Part shown: positions 1 through 14,745 of the stretch, in pieces
Numbering within the stretch: position 1 is the first letter of the stretch
Layout of the letters: every line of letters begins with the position of its first letter
Translations under genes and position numbers: made by a program
Notes under the pieces: generated by a model
Seen by the model: the letters and a program-made list of their open reading frames with translations, nothing else
Told to the model about the DNA's origin: nothing
The model's database searches: none
Source of the DNA: Iphione sp. A-MEVVRFRX5
Lineage: Eukaryota
Length of the DNA stretch: 64,000 nt
Assembly: GCA_976226885.1 (NCBI GenBank)
Contig: OZ320315.1
Coordinates: forward strand, 47,988,001 to 48,052,000
Direction: 5' to 3'

Positions 1-1599
1 GGTTAGTTGATTCCTTACTTTAATTACTTTGATACAAAGAAAAATCGTCAGTCACCCAACGTCTGTCATATTTACTTATCTTGAACAACTGAAGGATATC
101 ATTCGATTCTCCCCCGGATGCTCATGATAGTAAAATTGACAGCCAGGTAACCGACTATTGTCGATCCGGTCTTTCTAGAAGTCGTACCGTACGTAATAAA
201 ACTATTTGGATGTGCGTTCGCCTAATCTCATCTAGTTAATGGACACTACACACGTTAAGGTCACATCTTTTTGGACCGCGCCGTAGCGTTTCCTGTAATC
301 GCAATTCAGCGTACAACTCAAATCTGGAACTGGTACGTTGCCTGCAGATTGATTGGTGATGAAATTCCTCCAGCCGTACCAGATACAGTCGCCCTCTCAA
401 GATTCCAAACTGCACAGTGAGACTGCTTTTCAAAGTGGTATTGCTCGCGTCAGTGGACTAAGAGCCTTCACTCGTGAGGGGAATCTTGCCCAAGAAAGAT
501 TTTCGGGCTTTAACGTGTAGAAATACGCGGGAATCTTGACAGAAGCTTCATTGATTTTCCACCCTTCTCGAACGTGACAATGACACCGCTCTATAGCCCG
601 CACATCGCCGCAGTAATGAGAAACAGAGCCGGCACAAAATTAATTTAATCATGAGTTTCAAAACCGTAGAAATCAGTTCCATTTAAATGGCTCTGTGGAA
701 AGCGCTTGTGATGTGCGGAGAGTTTCATGTGGTGTCGCTTTTTAGTAAAGACTGTCGGTAATCATAATTTGGCTGTAATTAAATATTTGCTTATCATTTA
801 TCATTGCCAATAACCTTCGACTTTAGACGTACATCAGTAAGACATTTTGGTTCAATGTTCACTCATTTCTTTACTTTCCACGAAAGATTATTTGTCTACT
901 GGCAGTTTTGAACTAGTAACTTCAGGCAATTGATTGAAACTTTAATAATAGATAAAAAGTTGCAACGCACCCACTCAAATGAGGAAAGTAACAAAGAGAT
1001 GAAGAACGAGAGCGGCCAAGACCCAGGCGAAGAAGGAGGGGTTAGGGAGAGAGATGACAGACGTTGGAAATGAAAGCAAGCAGGCAGAAGTAGGCAAGGT
1101 GCACGGCAGTACTTTATCGACTATTATTTGATGTATTTATACTACTAAATTGGATGCTCTGTATAGATTTGCTCTCAAGTTTGCACACGTTTTGTTATTG
1201 GAGAGTAGTATGTTCATACACATACATGTACATGGGGTAGTTCACTAAATGTTGGTTCGTGCCAGCATACAAGAGGTCATCTAAATTCACTAAATCGGCG
1301 TTAGCTATGTGATAGCAAAATCTAATACATGTACGTGTATGTGCCTATATCACAATAAACCAATATACAATACTGGTTCCAAAACCAAGGTACAATACTG
1401 TTTTCGTTTGTCTCTCTGAACTCATTAAATTTCCTCAACTGTTAGTAAATTGAAATTTACTTACAATCAAGTGGTGGTCTTTAAGGAAACATAATTACTA
1501 TACCTCGGGCTTCGTATCTGCCCTGTTTACTCATTTCTATCCAGGATCTTATTTATTTTGCTTCTAGTAGATGTGCCCCTAATAATTTTTCTTGTCCCT

Positions 1600-1800
1600 T
1601 CAAACATTTCGACTCCTCTCCAATTAAAACATAGCATATTGTCTCTGTAACACAAGTATACGCTTCATGACTGCAGCGACTGGGAGAAGCGGGTTCCATT
1701 GTTACAAATGTCACATCCGTCCGATAGTAATCACCCGCTGAAATGGAATCAATTGCCGAAAGAACTCTGCCAGACGATCCACTCGAACAAGAACAAGAGA
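1600..1800 (+). mobile_element. Possible decayed 3' end of a CR1/L2-type LINE ORF2
   Basis: TGRSGFHCY...KWNQLPKEL resembles the C-terminal 'GKRTFHY..WNSLP' motif. Short match. Confidence 0.3.
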
Positions 1801-2743
1801 TAACGTTGCTGTGAGAATCAGACGCTTCCTTTCTGTGAATGCCTCTGGAAGCTCAATGTACTGCTATCTGGTGAAATCCCATAAAATGTGTCGGTCGAAA
1901 CCTACCTTATCTGTTCACCAATGCCATGTTACTCATGGGAGGGTGCTGGTGCCTTATCATTTCAGTCTAAGAGGCAGAAGTTTAATGCAGCGTTAACAAA
2001 ATGTCAAGCGTGCAGAAAGGCCTAACTCCTCTGAAGGACAAGGAAGGGTCCTGCTCATCTTAATCTCGCGACTGAGAATAATGAAAGTCGAACTCCATTC
2101 CAGAAGAATCTAATTAGGAAGTTCTAATTCTCTCTACTAGTCAGGACACTGAACAAAATAGTATCAGCATGATAGTATTTCTATACATGTGCAGTTTAAG
2201 AATAGAACCTCCCGATTAACCATCACCAGCAGCGATCCGATTACGTATCCTTCCGTGAATTTGTCTCACCGAGACAAAATCCCATACCGCCCTTCAATGT
2301 ACGAGGCACATTAATTAATTTTCTCTTTTTGCTCGGTCTCGCACGTTGGCAGGCCTATAATGAATAGGTGCCATACCTGCCTTGATGAAAACATAGTCCA
2401 CAGCTTTGTTTTTATAACCATGGTAAAATATGTGCTGAACATGACAAATACTTGAACGCATAAGCTCCAGTGATCTTAGAACAATATCCAATCACTCTTT
2501 CAGTGGGTAAGTTCCTCAAACCGGCGTACAGGCATGCTAATCATAGCTACACAAATGAAGCAACGACATGGTTCTGTTCCACTGAGGCCCCCAAAAGGAT
2601 CTGTGTAGACAGAACACCCATGGATGGATGACTGTATAATATAGTAGAGTCACGTCCTACATATATAAAGGTAAATAAAAGGTAAATTTTAACCGAATGA
2701 TATGTATAAAAACATACATGTGTACATCAAAATACATATATTT

Positions 2744-2795
2744 ATCTGTTGTTTTATATTGCTTGTATTAATCTGTTGTTTTTATATTTCTTGTT
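2744..2795. repeat. Short tandem duplication, about 27-bp period
   Basis: atctgttgttttatattgcttgt followed by atctgttgtttttatatttcttgt. Confidence 0.8.
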
Positions 2796-5700
2796 CCTCC
2801 TGTACAAAGCTAACTATAAATCGCCTGACATGAACCAGAGGTCCTTACGGACAGCAATGTCCACTTCCTATTGCCGGGGTTGACGTCGCACCGTCAACCA
2901 ATTCTTCAGGTCTGTCTCTTTTGTGTTTTCACCGTAGTCTTTGAAGTGTATAGAACACGATCGGGGACGGTAAGGTTATGACAGCCTGAAGTGAGGACAT
3001 TTATAAGCGGTAGCAAACCTGTCTGAATTCACGGTTTTCTCTCGACAAGACCAGCTCCCAGTTTTCAGAACGTTTGGCCGAGCATTCCGGTAATACTAGA
3101 CATCAATGCCAAGCACTGCACGTTAGAGGGTTCTGCACCAAGGAGGGCGACGTACAACGATCGTTCTCAACCAGTAGTGTTTCTTTTTTTTGTATTTAAA
3201 GAAACACATACAAGTACAAGTCTCCTGCTCGATACCGTACACTTGATGATATAAAAAAAACGGTGAATATATGTTGCCTGAAGTCGGTTTTCTAGTTGGG
3301 TGGGTGCACCGTCTGGGAGCTAATGGTGCTGAAAAGAGCATGCGACAGTTCTCCTCGCCGCAAGTAGACGTCAAAGGACGACACCTGTCTCTTGAACAAT
3401 GGTGCTCAGTCTCTATTGTTATTCTTAGAGTGCGCGCAAATAACTCATACTCCATGACCTCGTGCACGATGGTATATGCTGTCTCGTCAGTATATTTCAA
3501 CTGTACCATGTATTAATCAAGTGAAACATTGACGTTTTTTTTTCATTTTATAGAAATGCAGCTCGACATGTTGAGGATACCTGTAGATTTAAGTGATATC
3601 CTGTGGTTTCAAGTCACTCCGTGCCTCTGGGACGATGACATTGAATATGATATACTTTCCATTGTTTTTTGGTTAAACTGGATTCATCCTGGCTTTCAAT
3701 GTGTGTACTCTCTGACCTGGGTGCTAAATATAGCTCAATAACAAGGATGAGCGATAAGTCAGGTAAGAGGGGGAGCCATTGCAGGCGACTTCTAATCAAT
3801 TTCAAGGCTCGGTTCCACGTAGAAAAGGTCAGTTAAATTAAATATAACAGGCAGACGAGTTTTCGGCGCCCTTGCCTCAGCGCCTTTGGTCTTTCATCTG
3901 GGTGTTTCCCAGCTTCCCTCTAGTGCCGGTATCTATAAATAATCACCTCAGATGTCAAGGTTAGATCGGAAGCTATAAACCCGAGCAAGGCGAGCTATAT
4001 CTGTAATTTTGAATAGAAACAGACAAGAATGGTTATGGTTTCGTTGGTCACGTTCTGCTATTGATATTCATAGTAACAAAATTATTCCGATTGTGATGAG
4101 AATATTTATTAGGATACCAATTTGGCGAAAGAACCAATGTATTAAAGAGTAACGCAAAACCCAGTGCGTCTATTTCATCATGAGGAATAGCGATCGAATA
4201 AAATGTAGGTCCATAAAGAGATCAATTTTCAGAAAAAATACCTTTCGTTCAATAGATACCTTCCCTTTTTATACAAAAGCTTCTAAATACCAAGTGATCC
4301 AGACCAACCAATCATTTACCAGGATAAACAGTTCTATCGATATCGATATCTAACAGTGCTCTTTTCTAAAAGCATATTACAAAATACCAAAACAGATGGA
4401 GACCGGGCCACTTGTCTGTCTGGCACGTCTGTACCGGAAAATGAAGCAGTAAATAAGGCCTAATAGATGGGTGAAAATTATATCTTGGCAAGGCAGAGCG
4501 TAGCTCTCGCTTATTTCCTCCACCAATATACAGAAACATTATAAACAAATTGGTGACTGGAATGTTATTCAGATTTGCATTATATACTTTGTATCGTCCC
4601 CAGTTAAGTCTACTAAAGCGTGTTGCTGGTACTATAGGAGTGAGTGCAAGCCTTTCCGACGCGCGTGGTATGACAGTGAAAACAAAGACCTGTTCTACTG
4701 TGACAGCAAAGCCCAAGATGGTGCGCCGAGCCGGTGTGCTCTGTGGGAAGATTGGAGGTGCTCAAGGAGCATAACTTACGACCTGGGGCAATAGAGTTCA
4801 GAGCAGGTGGCCCACATAGTGGGTGCCGCTCACGTGTGCAATAAGGATCCCCCAACCTCAACGCTATGAGTAGATCAGACGGGGATAAAATGAAGGACTC
4901 TATTTTAGGTTTTTCCTACCATGCTGTACCTCATGGTCTTGCCATTTGCCTTAATCCCCTCATCCAACACTTCCAAGGTTGAGATGTACCCGTCCATATG
5001 GCTAGCCACAGTCCCCCATCCCTTAGTATGGTTATTTCTGTTTGAAGTCGCAAAAACGGTATTGCTCGCGGTTATGACTTTTAAATGTGCAAGCCTGGCG
5101 TTTCCTCGAACTAGATCTAAGCACTGGAGTCGATTCAGCATTCTGACTGTAGTCGGAGGGCAATCACCGCTTTAAACTGGTTATTAGATCATTAGCATAC
5201 CGCTTCTAATGCGGCATTATAAACAAGACAGAGCCTGACGTCAAAAGTAAGGCAATTTAATGTTAGCTGTTGTAGTAGTGCCATCCAAAAGAAATTATTC
5301 TTAGATTGACCTTTATTCCCCAGAGGCTAATCTAAGCACGTTTTCGTTAAGGGGGGCAGTTGGCGACATGTCCCGAAATATCTGTTGGCAGTTTTTTAAT
5401 TTGTCGCCAACCTATTGATACGAGCCTAATTCACGACATCCTCTATTGTCTAGCAACAGCCGGCCATGAATGCCGGTGTTCACATGCGTTTTAACTGAAG
5501 TCGAATTGGCCATTCGCAGCCTTCCCGATGTTCTCTGTTGCTCTGATTAAATAAGAGAAAAACTCGTAGATTACGACAGAAAAGAAACCGCCGATAACAA
5601 TTTATCATCTTTGAATTGGTTTTCACTTAAAAACGAAATGACATGTAATCATTTAGACATTTGTAGTTAAACAGCTCGAAGGGACCCCATACGCTTCGGA

Positions 5701-5801
5701 TTTCTGCAAATATGACAAAGATTTGCAACTGAAGAGAGCAACGTTCTGGTCATTACGTTGGTACGGATCTGAATAAGCAGTCCATCCTTACACATTCTCC
5801 A

Positions 5802-5806
<5 letters not shown>

Positions 5807-5858
<52 letters not shown>
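5807..5858. repeat. (TC)26 microsatellite
   Basis: Perfect dinucleotide run read directly. Confidence 0.98.
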
Positions 5859-5862
<4 letters not shown>

Positions 5863-8800
5863 TTTCTATCAGTTTTACACCCTGATCTGCATACAGTGCT
5901 TTGGTATTATCTCCTCTTTTCTAGTGATTATAAGCTTAGCTTCCTATTCCACTAGTTCGAAATTCTGCTTGATATTCAGATTTGCAAGTTCGCAACAATG
6001 ATTTGTCGAGAAGGGAAAACGATTTCTTGAAAAGGGGTCAGGCATAGTAAAAGCATGAGGATCTAAATAGGGGCAAAGTGTCAGAGGTCAGAAAACCAAA
6101 GAAAACAGACCTGATGACACAAAGGAGAAAATTGTTCTTTCTGTCTGACCTGCCTGGTAACAGATGGGAAGGGCTTTCAGTTACGACAAAAGCCTATGAC
6201 AGATTGGAGGGAAGGCTTTCTTGAGATAACTGATGACATACGGCAAGCGCATCTTGAGGTATCCTTGTGCAGGTTGTAATGAAAGAACAGTGACAACATG
6301 CCATCGAGCTTGGGGGACAATGACATGCATCGATAACCATGGGCGAGACGAAGAAGCGAATAAGGGCAAACAGTTCATTACTTTCGCGACCGGCATCATG
6401 GAAAGACTGTCTTCACGAAATAAGAATTTTCCTTTTGGGTGCAAATGTATCAGGCCAGCATTGTCTTTTGGTCGTCAGCTGGTTTGGTTTGCTGGTCCCT
6501 TTTACGTTTTTCTTCGAACATACGTGCCTTTTAACATCTTTTATCGCTATTGTCCTCTTGGTGGCCAGTATATGAGCAGCCATTCAAAAGGCACGAAGCA
6601 TTTTCTTTTACAGAGTTTTTTTTTCTTATTTTTCATATCGATTGGGCCGCATGTGCTACCATATTATGAAAGGTGTTTACGTGATGCTTTATGTATGTAT
6701 GAAGACGTGTGGCTACATTATTAAGATAATGGAGCAATCTCAATCAACTGATATATAATTATAGTATGTTGTGGACGCAGGTCATGGTAATTGCAATACT
6801 AAGATTAAACCGGAATACTCCGGCATTAATGTGTTACTCCTTGTTAGCTTGTCAGATGAAAGGTCCATCAAGCTGTAGGACTACTGGTCTCGCAGTTAAG
6901 TGTGTCGTATAAGAGTTATCGCGGAATATGTAAACATTTCTGTATCACTGTTTAATGCACACAAAATGTTACAAAATTATTGAATGCTGTATATCGTCAA
7001 ATAATGTCTCTCAACTACTAGTGAACAAGTGTATAAAAGGAGCAAGATATATATGTACGTTCATAATATTGTCTCTATTATACCGTATTTTGTACTTAAT
7101 TCATACAATGTAGTGGGACGTTTATCGCTGAATGCGTAGGAAAAGTGTGCTCGATTTTTCATGTGGGAAGCAGGAGTACGTCTACCGAACAAGTGTAAAC
7201 ATCGAAGGAGATTGATAGATGCCTGGAAACCCTACGTATCTGAAGTGTACTTTCGATGATTGTGCCACGTTTTTTTCTGCTCCCGGGAGAGGATCGCACG
7301 CATGAATATCGCGGCTGGGCCCTCTTTTTGGTCTATTCAGAACACAAGAAATCCTTTAGCGCCTTCTTTGCCTATGCCAGCAGTGCGAGCAACAGGCATA
7401 GGCATCTACACTTGGTGATATGAGAACACGTGGGCCCATCAACCTTCAGCCATTAAGCAAGACGACCCTTTCGCCTGGTAAATAGGCCTAGTATGACCAG
7501 TCGTAAATATTGGCACTCGCGACGAGGCCAGAGCGTCCCTGGCCGAGAGCCACATTTACTTGCAAAGTCACGCGTGCGAGTTTGATGTGATCATCAGTAA
7601 ATTAATGCAAGCACTATGAAGTATGAGGATGGCTGGGACGATCAGGCTTCGTCCGTGATACGCTTGGCGCACAAGCGACGGTGATCAATCCAATCCAATC
7701 AGGCTTTCCAATACCTCGCATACAGTACAAGCATATATCATTTTTACTTATTTATTTTTATCACAGGAATTCGACAGTGGAAGCTGCTCCGTGGTAGTGT
7801 TGGTCCATGTCCCATAACGGCTTCTACTTCATGCAGCACACTGAGTTAATGCATATGAAATTAATCAGGTATCACGAGGCGCCTACCACCGAAGAATCAA
7901 TGCGACTGGTTGACTCCAACGTACAGACAATGTTTATGGACCAAGGTATCAATGACCATGCCACTGCTGTGTCCGTCAGGAGATCTACTCCTAGACGCTA
8001 CCTTTGACAAATATTTACCTTAAATCAAGGAGTCTGGATAGGCACCAGCAGCTACAGACCCTAGCGAAAAGGTAATGTTTCCCTCGGAGGTACGAAAAAG
8101 GAGAAGTGACTCATAATCACATTGCTACATGGATGGCAGACACAATAACAAAGGCGCAGAATCAGCGGTCGGACTAAAATCACATTTACACATACGTACA
8201 GACGTACTTATTTCATATGAAGGTGGCACTAATCTTCAAGACGGCAAAAACATTGATAAATGTAAACTCATTTATGTCTGGCCGTGCATGATTATGCGTC
8301 TTCATCGTCTTTTACATTCAGTAATTTGCATGAAAAATATAATTTCACAGAAAATGTTACTCTCCTTGAAAGCCAGCTGAATACATTATCACTAGACCCC
8401 ATTATAAATACACACACGCTCTGTGTCCTTTTATACTTTCCCGTCTTTAAATCTCATATGTAAATCACGCAATCCGTTTCCCTTAGCCTGGATCGTCCAA
8501 GAGGAATGCAATCAAGAATAGCAGATGATTTAACGCCACAAGGTGAAGATATTCTTCATTGGCAAGTTGATCCTTATTACTGCAAGGTGTGTAGTTCATC
8601 TGGTTTCTCTAGGAATGTGTCAAACAATTGTGCAAAAATTACTTGATACAATGGATTATTTTGTTTTAACTTACGTTTGCAAGGATCTCAATTATCAGTT
8701 GGGATAAAGGAAATGTCGAGAAATTTAATTGAAAATTTCTATATACTGTAAATGTTATGGGAAATTATCCTACGCGATTGTACCTGATTTCAATAGTACT

Positions 8801-11599
8801 ACATGTATGATGTCAGGAAAAATAAAATTACAAAATAGGATTATGTGTATCCTCACTCGAATAAACATCTAAGACATTTTTGCATAAAATAAATTGCATG
8901 ATTTTAAAGAAATCTTTACATCAAGACTATTTTCCTGCGTAGCTTTCCTCTGGTGAATAACCATTCCTTTGGAGTTCTAATCTCACGGACTAAAACCTCA
9001 AATACGAAAATCGTCTGGGACGGAAAGGACGGATGTTGTGTTAATGCAGTGCGTCAGTGAGGAATGAAACATCACAACCACTCTTTTTGCGGTGCCACTC
9101 AGAGAGATGTAGTTATGTTTTATAAAGAACACCAATCGCCGTTTCCTGTAAGCATTTAATGATTACAGCTAGACAAAGTTGCCGTCATTTAGGTATCATT
9201 CTGTTGGCTGCTGCCGGTGAGAAAGCTAATGGACCCGAATCAAAAATAAGTTTTGTGAGTCTGTTTTCTGTGTAAGACAACATATGTTATCATTCCGTTG
9301 TGTTTTCTTGTTGAATCCTATCCTGTTAAGGTTTTCATTATAGAGGTCCGTTATCATTCTTTAGTATTATTAGTTAATTCTAATTTAGAAATCTATGAAA
9401 GTTTCATGGTACAAATCTGTAACACCGCTCACTTACCAAACGGCTTTTTGGTAGCTAAACAAAATGCTGAAGGCCATATGTATATGTATATCCTTTTTTA
9501 TCATCACTGTAATTAAATCACTGGACAAACATTAGATGTAAGTCTTCATCCTCTTCCTATGAATTGTCACGGGTATTAAAAGTTTCAAAGTTACTGACAG
9601 TATGAATAATCATTTTGTGCCACATGAAAGGATACTATGTACCGGATAACATATTCAATGGAGTTATCCTTGATTCCTCTATTACAACTGTGGAATCATA
9701 TTATCAAAAGGAAAGTTACCTTGAGTTCCGCGGATGATAAATATTCAAACACCAAGCAGCGATGGGAGGCAGGTTCCCCCATCCTTTGTGAAGCTCTCAA
9801 AGGATGTTAAGATTTTTTCACGTTAAGTCGTGTCTCTCATAAAAGCTCACATTTCCGATACGATCACAGGGCCTTAAATAGTTCTCAACGCTATAGTGAT
9901 GTGTTTCTTTAGTGTAGCCGATCTGATGTCACAACTGCAGGTGAAATCAGCGCCTGCGGTAAATACCTTTTATTGTGGATCTGTTCAAGCCGATTACCTG
10001 ATACCAAAAAGCAGTTCGTTACGGGAAAAGAAACACAGAATCATTTACAAGACACGAATAGCTTACGGGAGATAATACATCCGAACAGGAAACCGCGTGT
10101 TCTTATAACACAATGCTACCCCACACCAAATTAGTTTTTATTCTTGAGCTTAAGCCGCCTGCTACACTTCAGACGCAGAATAATAGCAGATCATTGACAT
10201 TAAGTATTGACACTTAAGTGTGTGTATATGTTCACGGGTATGTATGTACTACTCCGACCACTTATTGTGCAGCCCTCTGCATCCGTCAATCAGCTAAGAA
10301 AGTGCCAGGTGGTCCTTTCCCCAGTGACGCTGGCCACTGCTTTTCATTTAGAGGCAATCCTTCCATGCTGAGCACTTATGTGTATGCACATTGTTTGGTC
10401 CTATCCTGTGACACGTGGTCAATTACGCTGTCGATATTTGCGAACAATTTTGTAATCAACCGACACGAAGATGGTTTGCTTTTTCTGCGCTTTCTGCCTA
10501 ATGGCGCGTTCATATACCTGAACTGATAACTGATCTTAGGCTAGAAGACGAGAGATTGCTTTGACGGTAGGCCGAAGGATACATCAAGGTACACGCCAAA
10601 TAAGGCTTTCATCAAGTTAAATCACTATCTAGCGTTTCTAAGGTCTCAGATCCCTTTGCTTCAGGGTTATATTTGGACTCAAACACCGTGCCGTTGATAA
10701 ACCGCTCCTTTGGAGCACGTTGGGAAATTGTTGATGGATACAAGAAGATAAACACTATACCTCGTAAAAGGGTTCTCTCAGATATTTCAAAGGACAGGTA
10801 CACCTGCAATTCGCATTCGAACGATCACTGATACTGGCGCTTCTAGAACGCACCTGAAAACACAAATCATGGGGAAGTATTTATAGCATGTGTCGTACAA
10901 AATCATTTTCTAACTTAAGTATGAGAAACGCTCTTGTTTGCATTACATCTTTCATGCAGTGTATATTGTAATTGCTACTTCCTCATACAAAATGTATAGA
11001 TGTGGTAATGTAAGATAAATGTTGTGTGATAGGTCAAGCACAGGCGTATCTTTCATGTAATACTTGTATTTATATTTCACGTACGCTGTCATTCCAGTGG
11101 AAATGCAGAATGTACAGTATCACTATTTACCAGATTTTGTATTTATGTATATAATGCTATAGAAATAGCCAGTTGTTTGCAGTGAATTGTCCCTTAAGGG
11201 AAATCTGCAAGCGTCTGTTATCTGTTGTGACATATATACAGCCAGACAGATTTGCAAACAGACAAACACATGCACCTGACCATTGTCAATGCTGGGGACG
11301 TGGTGAGGTAAATACAGAATATTGCCCGTAGAATTTTGCTTAAGAAATCGATTTCCACAATTAAATTAAATTGTAGAAACAAGAGAAACGAAGAAAAAGA
11401 GAAACTGGAACAGAAGAATGGAGAAGACATGGTGATGGGTAATGCGGAGTAGGAGAAATGAGAAATAGCAAAGAGAAGGGAAAGAGCTTTTTATGTATTT
11501 CCAATAAAAAGCAGCTTCAAGTATTTTTAAAATGAAATTTGAGTAAGCAATCTCAGGTATGAAGGGTTTTCATGTACATGTATTTCCAATAAAAACAAT

Positions 11600-11930
11600 A
11601 CCAAAAGTGAAAGGACTTTCGTGTCCATATATTTCTAGTAATATATATCAAGCTCCTAGGGGTTTTCGTGTATCCACACGTGCTGACACCTCACCTATCC
11701 ATGTTCACCCACGCTCAACAACCAAGGAAGGTAAAGGAGATGGGATGGCCCTTTACTGTACACCACTTGACTGCCACTGGTGCCAAAAAGTCTGGCAATG
11801 TGATATCTACATGTCTGCAACCTCCTCTCCTTTACAACTGCTAACTTCCTTGATATCACTCAAATCCACATATATACATATACTTCAATGCTTTCCCTGC
11901 GATATTGCAGATTTGATGACACCCTCTAAC
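11600..11930 (-). mobile_element. Possible highly decayed LINE reverse-transcriptase fragment
   Basis: Minus strand reads GV..ISQG..IYVDLSDIKEVSS..VAD, then KPLGA..ITRNIW, loosely like RT 'GVPQGS..IYINDL..FADD..KLLGV..LSW'. Similarity is weak. Confidence 0.35.
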
Positions 11931-14675
11931 TAGGCCAGCTTCAGCTTACCTTTCAAGTTGCCCCATAAGAGAGTATAGACATGAGGGGAATTAATTTGCG
12001 ACAACCACAGCATATGACAACTGTTCACTTCTAAACAGTTGTTTTTAAATGGTAACCACAAGCCTGTTTCTGTCTTTCTTTGGACAGGTTGATTTTGTCT
12101 TCTGACAGAGAGGGAAGGATAGATAGTAACATCTAATAATGGCCTGGTGCCCTTTCTCCTTCATTTTCTATCTGAGAGAGAAATAATCCATCACGGGAAT
12201 TACAGCACAGGACAACACCTTACTCATAGAGTCGAAACCCGTTTACCAGTATTTTGCACGAAAATTCAGAACTATCGAAAGATTCTTCGAAGTAAGGCAG
12301 TTGTGCCCTCTTGGTATAGTCTATGATAGTATTTATGTTCCATTTCGCTTTAAAAGATGAATCAGGCGTACCGCAACTAGTAAAAGTCAATTGACGTTTT
12401 TTTCAGTGGCTTCAAAGTTTAAAACTGAGAGGTCATCAGCGTCAGCTTATATCAAGCGCTGCCATTTAAAAGCAAATCCACTTAATGCTCTTTGAGTGTC
12501 TTTTTGTCACGTGTTTCCGATCCTCACTTCATCAGATGCCCGTATGGCGGCTTCTTCTTACGTTGCCTTGATCCCGATAGCAAAGAGTTTGTTTTTAAAA
12601 CCCATTTTGTACCAACCTCCCGTCACTCGCCTCTAACATCGTCTCCAATGCAAAAGAAGCGACAGAGGGTGTTCAAAATTTAGGTGGCATTTACTCGTGG
12701 TCAGTGCTGTTCCGCTGACCTTTGTCTGCTAGTCAACAAGGCACCTACCAGCGCAGATCTTTCCAACCGCAGCCTCAGCCAGAGGCAAAATGTCATGCTT
12801 GCTCTCATCGCAAATTGCAGGTAAAACGAGGCCCATTGCCGCTCACCTGCATATTGGCCAGCGTAAACAAAGACTAGTCCTGTGATATGGCCAATATCCG
12901 CGCCATCCAATCCCTTACATCAACTAGGGCCTTATTAACTTGCGCCAGCCCTTTTTTCCCGGGGACTTTCATTACGTTTTCGCCGCCGTTTCAATGCTGC
13001 CAAATATGCGTCCAGACCTTTTATTCCCAATCAACAACAGTAAAATTGTAGCTAATGCGGATGCAAATTCTGAGCGTTGCATTTTTTTGTCAAGTTCATC
13101 GCTGCGATCAGCAAATAGTTTTGGTTTCTAGGCACATTTCTATCCTCTCCACTGCGTATTGTTTCATCTGTCAAAAACGTAGTTTTACATCGCTCTGTCG
13201 ATGAACCAGAATGCCAATACTGAAAAAGACCGTAGTGACACTGATTTTTATGAACAAATCAGTAGTTTCTGTATCACTTGAATATTCTGCATGTGTATTT
13301 CTTAGTGTAGGTTTTAGGAAACCAATATTGTGTTCAGTGTCCATAATCTTTGCCAAGTCGTTATATAAAGTTCCGTTGATAAATGTTTTTGTATATTGGT
13401 AACCGTTGTTCATTGCATGGCTTCTAAATCTGTGTCTCATTTTGTCATTGTGTTTCTGATTTCCTGTCATATTGCATCTTGGTTATCCATCAGAGGCACA
13501 CTTTTTAGACTAACCATAGTATACGGATGCGCCAAATGACTTTCCAGCTATAAATGTCGACATTCGGGGAACCCAGGATGTTTGAGATATAACACACAGA
13601 AAAATAGCAACTTGAATCAAATATTGTTGGCGAAAAATAGGTTCCCGGGTGTATTGTCGCCATGCAACCGAAGATTGAAATCTAAGTGACCTTTGCTAAG
13701 TGAATAACTCGAAACTGCGTCAGAATAAATGATTGGATCCGTCTGCGGAGAATTGCAACAGGAAGAGCCTGTGTCAATACGCTAACGTATAACATTACTC
13801 AACGGCTATTAACAATAGGAGTAATGTTGTCATAGTCATCAGGAAATGAAATTTGTAACACGCAAGAACAGACGGGAGGTCTCACTCAAAACCAGGTATG
13901 ATAATTCAGTGCCTCACAGGTATGGGCTACCGTATCGAATACACACAAAGCTTTGATGTAAAGAGAAACCCTGTTATGGATTCTAAGTAAAAGCACATCG
14001 TTGACGCATTCTGATTAAGTCACACCCTTCTCATCATAAGAGGAAGCACTCTGCCTTCAAGCTTTATTCGCTGGTGGGAGGCAGCAGACCAGGTCTTGTA
14101 CCTGTGGATATAACATCGACAAAAAGGTTACAACCAAAGGAAAAAATTCCATTTAACTGTAGGTGTAATTTATTTATGTCCAGTAAAAAGAGCCTGCTGT
14201 GATATTTTCAAGGATCGTTTGAATGCTAATTAGCACAATATTGGTATTTATTTTAAATGTCAAAAGTCAAAGTCAAAAAGCATTTATTCACATTTGAAAA
14301 TTACATGATAAATGCAATTGGGAACTATGTGAAAATTAAGAAATGTGTTCCTTACATTCTCAGGACATTAGTCCCTATGGTATTTGTTTGCAGATTATCA
14401 AAGCCAAAACAAACACATACAGTACCCTGAGATATGTGTCATGTCATCCGCTTACTTTTGTTACAACCGAAGCCATACTTGCACACCTAAGGCCCTATCC
14501 TCATGTACGCAGGTTTAAAACACACAGCAGATTCAGGTTTGTCCACACCTGCCGTCATAGGTAGTGAATCTCTATCCCCAGGTATGCAGGTTATTTGCAC
14601 TGTTTTACATATGTTAATCTCCCATATGTACACCTTAACATATGTTGATTCTCTAAAACAAATATCTTTGTGTCC

Positions 14676-14745
14676 AAAGTGAGGCATGTTGGTGGAAATT
14701 TGGCACCTTTTTGTTGAAAGTGAGGCATATCAGTGGAAATTTGGC
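14676..14745. repeat. 41-bp-period tandem duplication, followed by ATGCAAAT motifs
   Basis: aaagtgaggcat..gtggaaatttggc starts at 14676 and again at 14717; tatgcaaataatatgcaaatta follows. Confidence 0.8.

Noticed and set aside
7369-7404. Isolated 10-bp hairpin (similar ones at 51705-51740 and a 14-bp palindrome at 53070-53083)
   Set aside because: A few stems of this size are expected in 64 kb, and there is no miRNA-length stem or supporting context.
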